From the sequence record SRR31156797_15621: a DNA stretch of 41,960 nucleotides. The stretch is one strand, 5' to 3'. Positions 1 through 9,609 of the stretch are shown here, piece after piece. Below the pieces are notes generated by a model, which saw only the letters and a list, made by a program, of their open reading frames with translations, did no database searches and was not told where the DNA came from. Position 1 is the first letter of the stretch. Every line of letters starts with the position of its first letter. A program made the translations under genes and the position numbers.

Positions 1-113
1 CTTAGCTCACTCAGAAACACTAAGAAAAAATCGCTACAGGGAAAACTGCGACAAGGTGATTTACGAGTAAGGCCTCATAAGTAATTGATTATTAATCATC
101 GGATCAGGAGTTC

Positions 114-147
114 TGAAATTCCGGACAGATAAATGCCCGGAATCTCA
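114..147 (-). terminator. Stem-loop downstream of pepE (possible terminator or 3' protective hairpin)
   Basis: On the minus strand TGAGATTCCGGGCA-TTTATC-TGTCCGGAATTTCA forms a 14-bp stem (2 G.U pairs) ~35 nt after the pepE stop; no clear U-tract. Confidence 0.4.
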
Positions 148-181
148 TAATGTTTAATATCCGTACGCTTTTTTTTAAATC

Positions 182-916
182 TTAAAGTAAAAAACCAATA
201 TCAGAACCGATCTCGAATTCTTTGGGTTCTTCGCCAAATTTAAACAGGCGCATTGGCTTTTTGCCCTTGAGTTCAATCTTGTCATCTTCAACCTGCAAAA
301 GCGATGCTTCACGTAAGCCAACAACGGTCATATCGCGGTTTACTGTGAGGAACTCCTCGATGCGCTGCTGGCGGGTTTCACCGCCATGGCCTTCCGGATT
401 TGCATCCAAATAATGTGGGTTGATTTGGAAAGGGATCAGGTTCAGGCAGTTGAAACTTGCCGGTTCTGTTATCGGCATGTCGTTAGTGGTTTTCAGTGCC
501 GGACAGGCGACATTTGAACCGGCGCTCCAGCCCATGTAATGCATGCCTTCCTGCACGCGTTTACGAATTGCGTTCATAATGCCGGTTTCGTGCATCATGG
601 CCACCAGGTGAAAGGTGTTTCCACCGCCAACGGCAATGGCTTCGGCTTTTTCAACAGCAGCAACCGGATCGGCTTCCTTGTGGATGGAATAAATATTTAG
701 TCCAAGCTTGCTGAACACGCCCTGCACTCTTTTTTCGTAGGCATCAAACGATTTTTCCAGGCTTTCCTCATCCAGGCCAACACCGGCATAGGGCACAAAT
801 AAAATATCTTTTACTCCGGTTGGAGCCATAAATTCTTTGATGTATTCGCGCGGCCAGCCCAAATATGCTTCGCCGTAATTGGTTGAATTGCTGATCAATA
901 AAAGTCTTCTTTTCAT
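182..916 (-). CDS. pepE: Dipeptidase E (peptidase S51, alpha-aspartyl dipeptidase)
   Basis: N-terminal LLLISNST; motifs VGGGNTF, GWSAG (catalytic Ser), TTNDMPI, PFQINPHY and GETRQQRIEEF typical of PepE. Confidence 0.93.
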   Translation of the reverse strand: MKRRLLLISNSTNYGEAYLGWPREYIKEFMAPTGVKDILFVPYAGVGLDEESLEKSFDAYEKRVQGVFSKLGLNIYSIHKEADPVAAVEKAEAIAVGGGNTFHLVAMMHETGIMNAIRKRVQEGMHYMGWSAGSNVACPALKTTNDMPITEPASFNCLNLIPFQINPHYLDANPEGHGGETRQQRIEEFLTVNRDMTVVGLREASLLQVEDDKIELKGKKPMRLFKFGEEPKEFEIGSDIGFLL

Positions 917-988
917 CGTATTGTGTTTTAAATGTTGTTGTTAAACTGCAAATATGAAAATTTAAACGGTAAGACTCCGGGACTTTAA

Positions 989-2563
989 TTAATTTTTCAG
1001 ATTTTCTTCTTCATGGGTTGTCAGCTCTTCTATTGCCTTCATGCATTTCCCGGTTTTATTATCAATTAAGTCAAGGTATTGCACCTGTCCGATTTTATGA
1101 TAAATTTCCTGCGCATTCACAAATTTTTGCAATGCCTGTTCATATTCGGCATCGTCGTAATGCGCATTGGCCAGCTCAAAATATTGCCATGCCAGTTGTT
1201 CGAGGCCGCTGTCAATGGCACCGCGACTGATGATAAAGGAGCTGTTTTTTTTCTGAAAGTCACCGGCCAGTTCGAGGTATTTATAGCCAAAGTCCGGATT
1301 TTTATTTTCCATGGCTGATGTTGCTACACGCACGTATGCATCATAAATTCCGTACTTGGTTTGCGCGATTTTATTAAACGTAAGAATGTCGCAATTATCA
1401 TCGGGGTTTGCTTCACAAAATGTTAGTGCGCTTATGGCGAAAATCTCTGCTTCGTTAAAATACGCGTTGGATATTAAAGAATCGCAAGTTGCAGCATATT
1501 GCCGGTAAAGTACGTAGGCGAAAGTGTTCAGTATATTCTGTGCGGATTTCTGATTGGTGAAAATCTCCTCCTTTAGTTTTTGGGATAGATTTTCCCAACC
1601 TGCATTATCATTAAACATATCAGCAACCTTTATGTATCCGGGTTCGAAAAGGTGATTTGATGCACCCATTTTTTGAAGATATGTTTTTTGAATTTCAATC
1701 AGCGTTTGTGCTGCATCTTCAAATGCTGATTTTGAGAACACGGGTTTGATTGTGTCGAGGGTTTGAAAGAAAAGCGTTTGGAGTCTTCGCAATTGTGAAT
1801 TCAGGCTTTTCTGATTATCCAGCATTTTTGCATGGCGATTTTCAGGAACCTGAAAGTTGATGTCAAGATGTAAGAGTAAATCTTCGAACCTTTTCAAATC
1901 ATAGATTTGCATGTAAACCGGAAGCAATGAATCCGTGGCTTCAGGATTAATTGCCTTTGCTTTTTCCAGATTCAAAGCCAGCAATTCAGCGTATGCCAGG
2001 TATTGGTTTATATGTGCGATGCGATTTTCAAAAGCATTTTTGGCATCATAATAATGACGCGGTTTAAGCCGGATTACTGATAATTCCGTATGTTTTATCA
2101 TGGAAGCATGTGTGGAATCAAAAAGCGTAACCCATTCCCGGTTTGGCCGGATGCCTGTGAAATGCAAAGTGTCAGTTAGTTCTCGGCTGTTTATCAGAAG
2201 GTCCAAATCATATTTTGCGGGCACCAGAACTTCTGACAGGTCAAAACCCCTGTAATAAAAATCACCACTAAACAGGGGATTGTAAACACCAAATTTGATG
2301 GTATACCCGCCCTTGCCGTCTTCAATTATTTTACCACGGAATTCAAGATTGATAGAAAAATACGTTTCGTAAAGGTTTAGAAAATTCAGCCGCGCGATTT
2401 CTTTAATGTAATAATTGTTCAGGGTATTATTTTCATTTGGTGTGTACCTGATGGTGATATTTGCTTTTTTGTTAAATGAAATTTCTGCCGGGCCGGATGC
2501 GTAAATATTCAATGAGAGCACCAGCTGGAGAAAAATCACAAATATTGTTGGCTTAAAAGTCAT
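989..2563 (-). CDS. Hypothetical exported protein, helical/TPR-like C-terminal half
   Basis: 524-aa ORF; signal-peptide-like N-terminus; C-terminal ELANAHYDDAEYEQALQKFVNAQEI resembles a TPR; TAAATTTG box 17 nt upstream of the start. Confidence 0.7.
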   Translation of the reverse strand: MTFKPTIFVIFLQLVLSLNIYASGPAEISFNKKANITIRYTPNENNTLNNYYIKEIARLNFLNLYETYFSINLEFRGKIIEDGKGGYTIKFGVYNPLFSGDFYYRGFDLSEVLVPAKYDLDLLINSRELTDTLHFTGIRPNREWVTLFDSTHASMIKHTELSVIRLKPRHYYDAKNAFENRIAHINQYLAYAELLALNLEKAKAINPEATDSLLPVYMQIYDLKRFEDLLLHLDINFQVPENRHAKMLDNQKSLNSQLRRLQTLFFQTLDTIKPVFSKSAFEDAAQTLIEIQKTYLQKMGASNHLFEPGYIKVADMFNDNAGWENLSQKLKEEIFTNQKSAQNILNTFAYVLYRQYAATCDSLISNAYFNEAEIFAISALTFCEANPDDNCDILTFNKIAQTKYGIYDAYVRVATSAMENKNPDFGYKYLELAGDFQKKNSSFIISRGAIDSGLEQLAWQYFELANAHYDDAEYEQALQKFVNAQEIYHKIGQVQYLDLIDNKTGKCMKAIEELTTHEEENLKN

Positions 2564-2579
2564 TTTTTAAATAATGAAG

Positions 2580-2587
2580 CAAATTTA
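2580..2587 (-). promoter_or_regulatory. Bacteroidota sigma-A -7 box (TAAATTTG)
   Basis: Matches TAnnTTTG just upstream of the ATG at 2563. Confidence 0.55.
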
Positions 2588-2681
2588 TAAATTGTAAAAA
2601 TTAACACTACTTTGTGGAATAAATTGTTGTGGGAATCAGTGAATTTCGTTGTTGATTTCGTTAATTTGCAAACAAAAACAT

Positions 2682-3962
2682 ATGAACGTACTCATACTTG
2701 GATCGGGTGGCCGGGAGCATGCACTGGCCTGGAAAATAGCACAAAGTAAACATTTGGATCAGCTATTTATTGCCCCCGGGAATGCCGGCACTATTGCACA
2801 AGGCATCAATGTAGATTTGAAGCTCAGCGATTTTGATGCAATTGGTGATTTTGTTACAAACCACGAGGTTGACATCATCGTGGTTGGCCCGGAAGCACCA
2901 CTCGTGGATGGCATCCGCGATTATTTTGATGAGAAGGATAAATTTAAAAACCTTTCTGTAATTGGACCTTCCAAAGCTGGAGCCATTCTGGAAGGGAGTA
3001 AGGATTTTGCCAAAGCGTTTATGGGGCGACATCAAATCCCAACAGCTGCATATAAAACTTTTGGTTTAGGCGAAACAAAAAATGGCCATGAATTTCTGGA
3101 GCAGCTTCAACCGCCGTATGTGTTGAAAGCTGATGGCCTGGCAGCCGGAAAAGGCGTGATCATCTCCAACGACCTGGATGAAGCAAAAGCCAGCCTCACC
3201 GAAATGATCGATAATGCCCAGTTTGGCGATGCAAGCAGCAAAGTTGTAATTGAAGAATTTTTGGATGGCATCGAAATATCTGTATTTGTTTTGACTGACG
3301 GAAAAAATTACATATTGCTGCCCAATGCCAAAGATTACAAAAGAATAGGAGAGGGCGACACCGGGAAAAACACAGGAGGCATGGGATCCATTTCGCCCGT
3401 TCCGTTTGCTGATGAAGAATTCATGAAAAAAGTTGAAGACCGGATCATCAAACCGACAATTGATGGTTTGCAAAAAGAAAACATACTGTACCAGGGATTT
3501 ATCTTTTTTGGGTTGATAAATGTGGGTGGTGATCCAAAGGTTATCGAATACAATTGCCGCATGGGTGACCCGGAAACCGAAGCTGTGATGCCACGCGTAA
3601 AAAGTGATTTTCTGGAATTGCTCATGGCGGTGAAAGATCAAAAGCTTGATCAGCAGGCCATTGAATTCGACGATCGGTATGCAACTTCTGTGTTCCTGGT
3701 TTCAGGAGGCTACCCGGATAAGTATGAAAAGGGGAAAGCCATTTCGGGGCTGGATAAGGTTGAGGACAGCATTGTTTTCCATGCAGGCACCAACCTGGTT
3801 GATGACACGGTTATAACCAGCGGAGGACGCGTACTGGCCATCACCTCACTGGCTGAAAAAATGAAAGATGCCCTTGCTCAGTCTTATAAAAATGTGGAGG
3901 TAATCAACTTCGACAAGAAAAACTACAGGGGCGATCTGGGCAAAGACCTGTTGAACGCTTAA
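2682..3962 (+). CDS. purD: Phosphoribosylamine--glycine ligase
   Basis: MNVLILGSGGREHALAW, VGPEAPLV, EGSKDFAK, KADGLAAGKGV, GKNTGGMG, EYNCRMGDPE; ATG at 2682 preferred over TTG at 2649. Confidence 0.97.
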   Translation: MNVLILGSGGREHALAWKIAQSKHLDQLFIAPGNAGTIAQGINVDLKLSDFDAIGDFVTNHEVDIIVVGPEAPLVDGIRDYFDEKDKFKNLSVIGPSKAGAILEGSKDFAKAFMGRHQIPTAAYKTFGLGETKNGHEFLEQLQPPYVLKADGLAAGKGVIISNDLDEAKASLTEMIDNAQFGDASSKVVIEEFLDGIEISVFVLTDGKNYILLPNAKDYKRIGEGDTGKNTGGMGSISPVPFADEEFMKKVEDRIIKPTIDGLQKENILYQGFIFFGLINVGGDPKVIEYNCRMGDPETEAVMPRVKSDFLELLMAVKDQKLDQQAIEFDDRYATSVFLVSGGYPDKYEKGKAISGLDKVEDSIVFHAGTNLVDDTVITSGGRVLAITSLAEKMKDALAQSYKNVEVINFDKKNYRGDLGKDLLNA

Positions 3963-3996
3963 TCTGAATTATTTTTTCATCTAATAAACAGCAACT

Positions 3997-4980
3997 ATGA
4001 TTATCCGGCTTTTCAGGTCGCAGTACTTAATCCAGTATATTCTGCTGTTTTTATTGATCCTGTTTTTATGGGCTGATGCACTGGTTTTTCCTGAAAAACT
4101 TATTACCGGGAATGGATTTCAGGATTTTCCGAATGTTTCAAAGCTTATCTCTGAATTCCCTTACATTGCACTGGCCATATCCATTTTTGTGGTTTTCTTG
4201 CAGGCTGTGCTGCTCAACGCCATTGCTGAGAGACACAAGCTGGTTGAACGCAATCAACTCATCACGGCAGCCATTTATGTTATCATTATAAGCAGTCAGC
4301 CACAAATGGTTCAGCCCAACCTGATGCTGTTTGTAAATTTGCTGCTCATCCTGTTATTATTCGCCGTGCTGAATCTTTACGGAAAGCATGAAGCCTTTAG
4401 CGCCTTGTTTGATGCAGGATTGCTTGTGGGAATTATCTCCCTGCTGTTTTTACCAACCCTGGTTTTTATGTTTTTTATTTTGATCAGCCTCCTGCTGTTT
4501 CAACAATACCGCTGGCGCGAATGGGTAGTTCCATTTATTGGCCTCATTACGCCATGGTTCTTTTATTCGGCGTACTTGTTTTGGATTGATGGCATTGAGG
4601 AATTTTATCATGTATTGATCAACTCTTTCTGTTTCAGGATTCCGGATGTTGGACTGGTTACTACTGAATTGATTGTAATCTGGGGAATGATGTTGATGTT
4701 GATTCTCATTGGTTTCAGAAAAATTTTACGACATTCCAATGAAACGACAGTTGATATCCGGCGTAAATCAGGCGTGGTATTTTGGATGTTGCTGTTTGGG
4801 ATGTCATCAACATTTTTTTCTGATTATGATTTGATCTCCCAGGCCTATCTCGAATTTATTCCAGTCACCATATTTTTATCGGTTTATCTTTCGCGGGTTA
4901 AAAAGATGTTCATCCCTGAAGTAATCCTGTTCTCTATCCTGGTTGCGATCGTCATCATTAAACTGTTCAATCTTTATTAA
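3997..4980 (+). CDS. Polytopic membrane protein (DUF6427-like, Bacteroidota purD-linked)
   Basis: Multiple hydrophobic segments; [14 protein letters not shown] and [10 protein letters not shown] motifs; lies directly after purD. Confidence 0.7.
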   Translation: MIIRLFRSQYLIQYILLFLLILFLWADALVFPEKLITGNGFQDFPNVSKLISEFPYIALAISIFVVFLQAVLLNAIAERHKLVERNQLITAAIYVIIISSQPQMVQPNLMLFVNLLLILLLFAVLNLYGKHEAFSALFDAGLLVGIISLLFLPTLVFMFFILISLLLFQQYRWREWVVPFIGLITPWFFYSAYLFWIDGIEEFYHVLINSFCFRIPDVGLVTTELIVIWGMMLMLILIGFRKILRHSNETTVDIRRKSGVVFWMLLFGMSSTFFSDYDLISQAYLEFIPVTIFLSVYLSRVKKMFIPEVILFSILVAIVIIKLFNLY

Positions 4981-4981
4981 A

Positions 4982-5578
4982 ATGCTCAGAAGTTCATTTT
5001 CAGGCAAATTAATCGAAGCAGGATGCGATGAGGCAGGCAGGGGATGTATTGCCGGTCCTGTTTTTGCAGCAGCGGTTATCTTATCCCATGATTTCAGTAA
5101 TGAACTGCTCAACGATTCTAAAAAGCTCAGGGAATCTGACCGGGATGGGTTACGTAAAATCGTTGAAAAGGAAGCCCTGGCGTGGTCGGTGGCCAGTGTA
5201 GATAATGAAATGATTGATGAGATCAATATTCTAAACGCATCTTTTCTGGCTATGCACCTGGCCATCGATAAATTAATAAAGATTCCGGAATTACTGCTCA
5301 TCGACGGGAACCGGTTTAGACCCTATAAAAAAATCCCACATCAATGTGTGATCAAAGGTGATGGAAAGTATATGTCCATTGCAGCCGCATCAATTCTTGC
5401 TAAAACACACCGGGATGAATTCATGAAAAATGTTCATCAGAGCTATCCTGTTTATAACTGGAAACAGAACAAAGGTTATCCCACACCGGCACATAAAAAG
5501 GCGGTGTCGAAATTAGGAATTACTCCGTTGCATCGCAAAACCTTTAACATGAGTGAGCAGCTAAAATTTAAATTTTAA
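4982..5578 (+). CDS. rnhB: Ribonuclease HII
   Basis: [56 protein letters not shown] at 4982, 1 nt after the upstream stop. Confidence 0.96.
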   Translation: MLRSSFSGKLIEAGCDEAGRGCIAGPVFAAAVILSHDFSNELLNDSKKLRESDRDGLRKIVEKEALAWSVASVDNEMIDEINILNASFLAMHLAIDKLIKIPELLLIDGNRFRPYKKIPHQCVIKGDGKYMSIAAASILAKTHRDEFMKNVHQSYPVYNWKQNKGYPTPAHKKAVSKLGITPLHRKTFNMSEQLKFKF

Positions 5579-5593
5579 TCCTGGTATATCAAA

Positions 5594-6022
5594 ATGAACC
5601 GTCCATATTTTTACATATTAATCACCATAATCGCTATTTTGGCAGTAAGTTGCAACAAAAATGATAACCCAACACCTAATCCCGGCCCCCAGGATAATTA
5701 CTCAGCAAAATATACTTTAAACATGACGGGTGAATACGACGACCTGATCCTTGAATATTATTCACCCGGGTCTGCAAAAAATATCCTGACTTCCATAACC
5801 CATCCCTGGGAAATGGAATCCGGCAATTACAAAATTGGGGATACCGTATTGTTTGACCTGAGTTTTAAAACCCGGCCATTTAAGGACTTAGCATATCAAT
5901 ATGCGGTCACCGTCAATAAAGATGAAGGGTATATTGCCGGCACATCGGGGTCGCAAAGCATCAGCTCGGCTGATACCATCTTACCCATTCATGTGCACTG
6001 GCAGCGTGTAATAGGCAGTTGA
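5594..6022 (+). CDS. Hypothetical lipoprotein
   Basis: Lipobox ILAVS-C followed by NKNDNPTP; 15 nt after the rnhB stop. Confidence 0.7.
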   Translation: MNRPYFYILITIIAILAVSCNKNDNPTPNPGPQDNYSAKYTLNMTGEYDDLILEYYSPGSAKNILTSITHPWEMESGNYKIGDTVLFDLSFKTRPFKDLAYQYAVTVNKDEGYIAGTSGSQSISSADTILPIHVHWQRVIGS

Positions 6023-6047
6023 GGTTGCTGATACGGTGGTGGTCGCA

Positions 6048-6209
6048 TCAGGAGTGGCCACCAACAACAATCCGCATGATCTTGAGGTTGAGTACAAAAA
6101 ACCTGATAATTTGGTAGGGCCAGAATTTCCTTAAAAATTTCCGCGACCTTGTTGGCATGGGCGGATAATGCTCATCCTTATAGCCTTTAGGAATGGGTTT
6201 ACTGATCAT
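6048..6209 (-). CDS. Small 53-aa basic/amphipathic protein downstream of sqr (not in ORF track)
   Basis: Manual translation MISKPIPKGYKDEHYPPMPTRSRKFLRKFWPYQIIRFFVLNLKIMRIVVGGHS*; ATG 48 nt after the sqr stop with an A-rich leader; fills an otherwise empty gap. Confidence 0.7.
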   Translation of the reverse strand: MISKPIPKGYKDEHYPPMPTRSRKFLRKFWPYQIIRFFVLNLKIMRIVVGGHS

Positions 6210-6257
6210 ATCTTTGTTACTTTTGTGTTTTCAAATTAAAAAGGATCTTTCTGAGTT

Positions 6258-7715
6258 CTATTCCGGAATCAACGACCATCCGGGTAATGCGCGTGCTTTG
6301 TACATAAACATGTAGTGCATAAAGAGTTTCATCCAGTGGCCGGCCAGTCCGGGCTCGCCAACGGTATAACTCAAATCACGGCCCCACTCAGGATATTTTT
6401 CGAAATCCGGAACAACCGGGTAAACTGTCATGGTTGCGGCCATACCGTTCCTGATTCCATAACCTGAGGAAACAATGCATGCTGCACCCATTTTACCCAT
6501 TGAAGCTTTGTGTTTGACAACTGTTTTTCCGGCAAGTACTGATTTTGCGACGTTACTGGCCACAACCTTACCCATTACTCCTGATGGCATCCCCGTGCGT
6601 GGTGGTGTCGGGAAAATGGCTGTTCCATTTTTACTCTTGAAAGGCTTCGAAATGGAATGTGGTGGTGCAAAGGCAATACCACATGCAAAGATGTTTTCGT
6701 AAGCGGGGCTCTGGTATGTTGATGGCCAGTCGTTCACACTCCAGTCGTTGAAATCTTTAGGCGTGTAATCGGCATCGACTTTCATCAGGCCATTCGGTGC
6801 AAACAGTTCTTTTGAAATGTCTTCACCTGACTTATTTTTAGCACCTATGCCAACCCCTGCAAAAGCCGGAATAAGCATGGCAAAATCAAATTCTATTGCG
6901 TTTTCTTCCCCATCCAGCGTTTCGTAATGTACCACGCCTTCTTCCACTTTTTTTACGCCGGCACGCTTGATCCAGTCAATACCGTATTCAGCCAGGATGG
7001 ATTCGGTGAATATTTTGGTGGATGTCACATAACCTCCTTTTTTGATGAATGCGCCACCCATCCCGAAATCTCCCAGCTCATATTCGTTGGTGATCCATGT
7101 GATTTCTGCCATGTGCATCAGCTTGCGCTTGTTGATCTCAAAGGCTACATTAAGCGCATATTCAAAAGCGGCACCCTGGCAGGTTGCCATGGGGTGGCCA
7201 GTACCGATCACAAAGCGCTGCTTTTCACCATTGGCCATTTTCCCGAGCGATACCTGGAACTTTTCCCAGGCATGTGCCGCATGTCCGTAGGTACATACAG
7301 AGACGGTGTGGCCATCGGGGCCAAGTCCCTCTGTTGCCGGGAAATTGAGCTTCGGGCCGGTGGCGTTAATCAGGTAATCATACGCAACCTTTTCAATTTC
7401 GCCTTTTTGGCCTTCGGCAACATGTTCTACCTCCACAAAAGGACTGCTTGTTGCAGGGTCTCCTTCGGGGAAAATGGTTTTTGCAATTGCCTGTTTAAAA
7501 GTAACTCCTTTGCGTTTATAAACCGGAGCAAGTGGAAATATAACCTGTTTGGGTTTCATTTGCCCGATTCCAACCCAGATATTAGAAGGGATCCACTGAT
7601 AATTACTATTTGGGCTTACCATAATTACGTCATGTTTCTTGCCCAGCTTTTTCCTGAGAACCATAACAGCTGTGTGCCCGGAAATGCCAGCGCCCAGAAC
7701 GACTACTTTAGCCAT
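6258..7715 (-). CDS. sqr: Sulfide:quinone oxidoreductase-family FAD-dependent oxidoreductase
   Basis: GAGISG Rossmann motif, YQWIPSNIWV, YDYLINATG, SVCTYGHA, ATCQGAAFEY and AACIVSSG (Cys residues at SQR active-site positions), PPRTGMPS, C-terminal HWMKLFMHYMFMYK helix. Confidence 0.8.
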   Translation of the reverse strand: MAKVVVLGAGISGHTAVMVLRKKLGKKHDVIMVSPNSNYQWIPSNIWVGIGQMKPKQVIFPLAPVYKRKGVTFKQAIAKTIFPEGDPATSSPFVEVEHVAEGQKGEIEKVAYDYLINATGPKLNFPATEGLGPDGHTVSVCTYGHAAHAWEKFQVSLGKMANGEKQRFVIGTGHPMATCQGAAFEYALNVAFEINKRKLMHMAEITWITNEYELGDFGMGGAFIKKGGYVTSTKIFTESILAEYGIDWIKRAGVKKVEEGVVHYETLDGEENAIEFDFAMLIPAFAGVGIGAKNKSGEDISKELFAPNGLMKVDADYTPKDFNDWSVNDWPSTYQSPAYENIFACGIAFAPPHSISKPFKSKNGTAIFPTPPRTGMPSGVMGKVVASNVAKSVLAGKTVVKHKASMGKMGAACIVSSGYGIRNGMAATMTVYPVVPDFEKYPEWGRDLSYTVGEPGLAGHWMKLFMHYMFMYKARALPGWSLIPE

Positions 7716-7811
7716 GAGATAAGAGATTTTAGTTGAATTTTATCATTTCCCAATGTTTGGATGAGATTCATTTCAAAAGCATTGGATGCTAAAAGTAGGA
7801 TTTATTTTTTA

Positions 7812-7833
7812 TTCAGGTATTCCATTACCTGAA
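7812..7833. promoter_or_regulatory. Inverted repeat upstream of sqr, candidate operator
   Basis: TTCAGGTA-N6-TACCTGAA with perfect 8-bp arms, ~100 nt upstream of the sqr ATG. Confidence 0.35.
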
Positions 7834-7961
7834 AAAAGATTTTGTTAATGCCAGTATATGACGGATATCATAATTCTAAATCGCTGACAAACAAAAGGAT
7901 AATACTTCAACTTCTTCAAATCATGAAAAGAAGTGGAATTGCTCAGGATTTTCGGTGCAGC

Positions 7962-9515
7962 TTAGTTCCCAACAGGTATATACTCCAGTGGAGCATCCGG
8001 CCCGATAGGTAAACCAATACTTAGCCAGCCGATCAGCATGACAGTCCAGATCATAAGAAAGACGAGTGAATAGGGTAACATCGTGGCTATAACTGTACCG
8101 ATACCTGCATCTTTTTGATATTTCTGCATAAAGGCAACAATCAGGGCAAAGTACGACATCATGGGAGAGATGATATTGGTAACACTATCACCAATTCTGT
8201 ATACAACCTGTGTTAGCTCAGGAGAATATCCCAACAGCATAAACATGGGGATGAAAACCGGGGCCATTACGGTCCATTTTGCCGAGGCGCTTCCCATCAC
8301 CAGGTTAATGATAGCTGTAATTATAATAAATCCCACAAGCAAAGGGATTTTTCCCAGCCCGGAAGCTTTCAGGAAATTGGCACCTTCCACGGCAAAGATC
8401 AGCCCAATGTTTGTCCATTTAAAATAAGCTACAAACTGGGCTGCAAAAAACACCAAAACGATATAGATGCCCAGGGTTTCCATGGATTTGCCCATGCCTT
8501 TCATTACATCAGCATCGTTTTTGATGGTGCCCGCGCCAATCCCATAAGCCACACCTAAAATGGCTGCTGTTAAGAAAATAATAGAAACAATGCCGTCCAT
8601 AAATGGCGAATGCAATAGGCTTCCGGTTTCTGCGTCACGCAAAAACCCATTAGCCGGAATAATACCCCAAAGCATTACTGCTGATAATGCGATAAAAGCA
8701 ATCAGGGCATAGCGAAGGCCCCTTTTTTCGGCCCTGGAAAGTTGATTTATCTCCTCGGGTTTGGCATCACCGGTATACTCTCCAAGACGCGGAGCTACAA
8801 CCTTTTCTGTAACCCAGGTTCCTGCAACGGCAATAAAAAAAGTGGACACAAACATGAAATAGTAATTTGCCGCGGGATTCACCATGTATTCAGGATCTAT
8901 GATCTGTGCAGCTTCCTGCGAAAGTCCGGCCAGCAACGGATCGATGGTTCCAAGCAAAAGGTTGGCTGAGTATCCTCCGGAAACCCCGGCAAATGCAGCT
9001 GCCATACCGGCAATGGGATGGCGGCCAAGGGCAAGAAAAATAATGGCTGAAAGCGGCACCAGTAAAACGTACCCGACTTCACTGGCCGTATTTGAAAGTA
9101 TACCCGCAAAAACGATTACAAACGTCAGAATTTTACTTGGAGCTGACAGTACCAGCAGCCTGAGGGTGGTGCCGATAAGGCCTGTGCTTTCGGCAATACC
9201 GATGCCCAGCATGGCAACAAGCACAACACCCAAAGGAGCAAATCCGGTGAAATTAGTTACCATCTCTGTGATGATCAGGTGAATGCCATCAACAGTCATC
9301 AGGTTTACCGGACGGATGGTTTCGCCTGTGCCCGGGTGCACCACTTCAAGATCAAAAAGACTGGTTATTCCGGAAAGGATAATAATCAGTACAGCAAAAA
9401 TTGCAAATAGGGTGGCCGGGTGTGGAAGGGCATTCCCGGTTTTTTCGATTACGCTGAGAAATTTTGCGAAAAAGTTATTTTGACCGTTGGTACTAGATGT
9501 TTTTTTATTAGCCAT
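7962..9515 (-). CDS. abgT: AbgT family transporter
   Basis: [62 protein letters not shown]. Confidence 0.92.
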   Translation of the reverse strand: MANKKTSSTNGQNNFFAKFLSVIEKTGNALPHPATLFAIFAVLIIILSGITSLFDLEVVHPGTGETIRPVNLMTVDGIHLIITEMVTNFTGFAPLGVVLVAMLGIGIAESTGLIGTTLRLLVLSAPSKILTFVIVFAGILSNTASEVGYVLLVPLSAIIFLALGRHPIAGMAAAFAGVSGGYSANLLLGTIDPLLAGLSQEAAQIIDPEYMVNPAANYYFMFVSTFFIAVAGTWVTEKVVAPRLGEYTGDAKPEEINQLSRAEKRGLRYALIAFIALSAVMLWGIIPANGFLRDAETGSLLHSPFMDGIVSIIFLTAAILGVAYGIGAGTIKNDADVMKGMGKSMETLGIYIVLVFFAAQFVAYFKWTNIGLIFAVEGANFLKASGLGKIPLLVGFIIITAIINLVMGSASAKWTVMAPVFIPMFMLLGYSPELTQVVYRIGDSVTNIISPMMSYFALIVAFMQKYQKDAGIGTVIATMLPYSLVFLMIWTVMLIGWLSIGLPIGPDAPLEYIPVGN

Positions 9516-9609
9516 CCGGAGTGTGTTTGGGGTTAAAATGAAAAACTAGTGAAACACACTCCACAATCAATTGTTGAAACAGGCCAAAATTTTAAGAACC
9601 TTTAAAGCT

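Noticed and set aside
1-113. Possible gene start or RNA element at the window edge
   Set aside because: Minus-strand ATGs reach a stop within 13 codons and there is too little context to call anything
6209-6225. Two plus-strand TAnnTTTG matches pointing antisense into the sqr 3' end
   Set aside because: They are the complement of the A-rich leader of the small ORF; no downstream plus-strand gene and such matches are frequent by chance
6927-7736. 269-aa plus-strand ORF antisense to sqr
   Set aside because: Shadow ORF of a well-supported gene; no recognisable motifs. The same applies to the many 60-220-aa antisense ORFs within purD, abgT, the DAACS and RND genes, yqhD, the LTD gene and the proteases.
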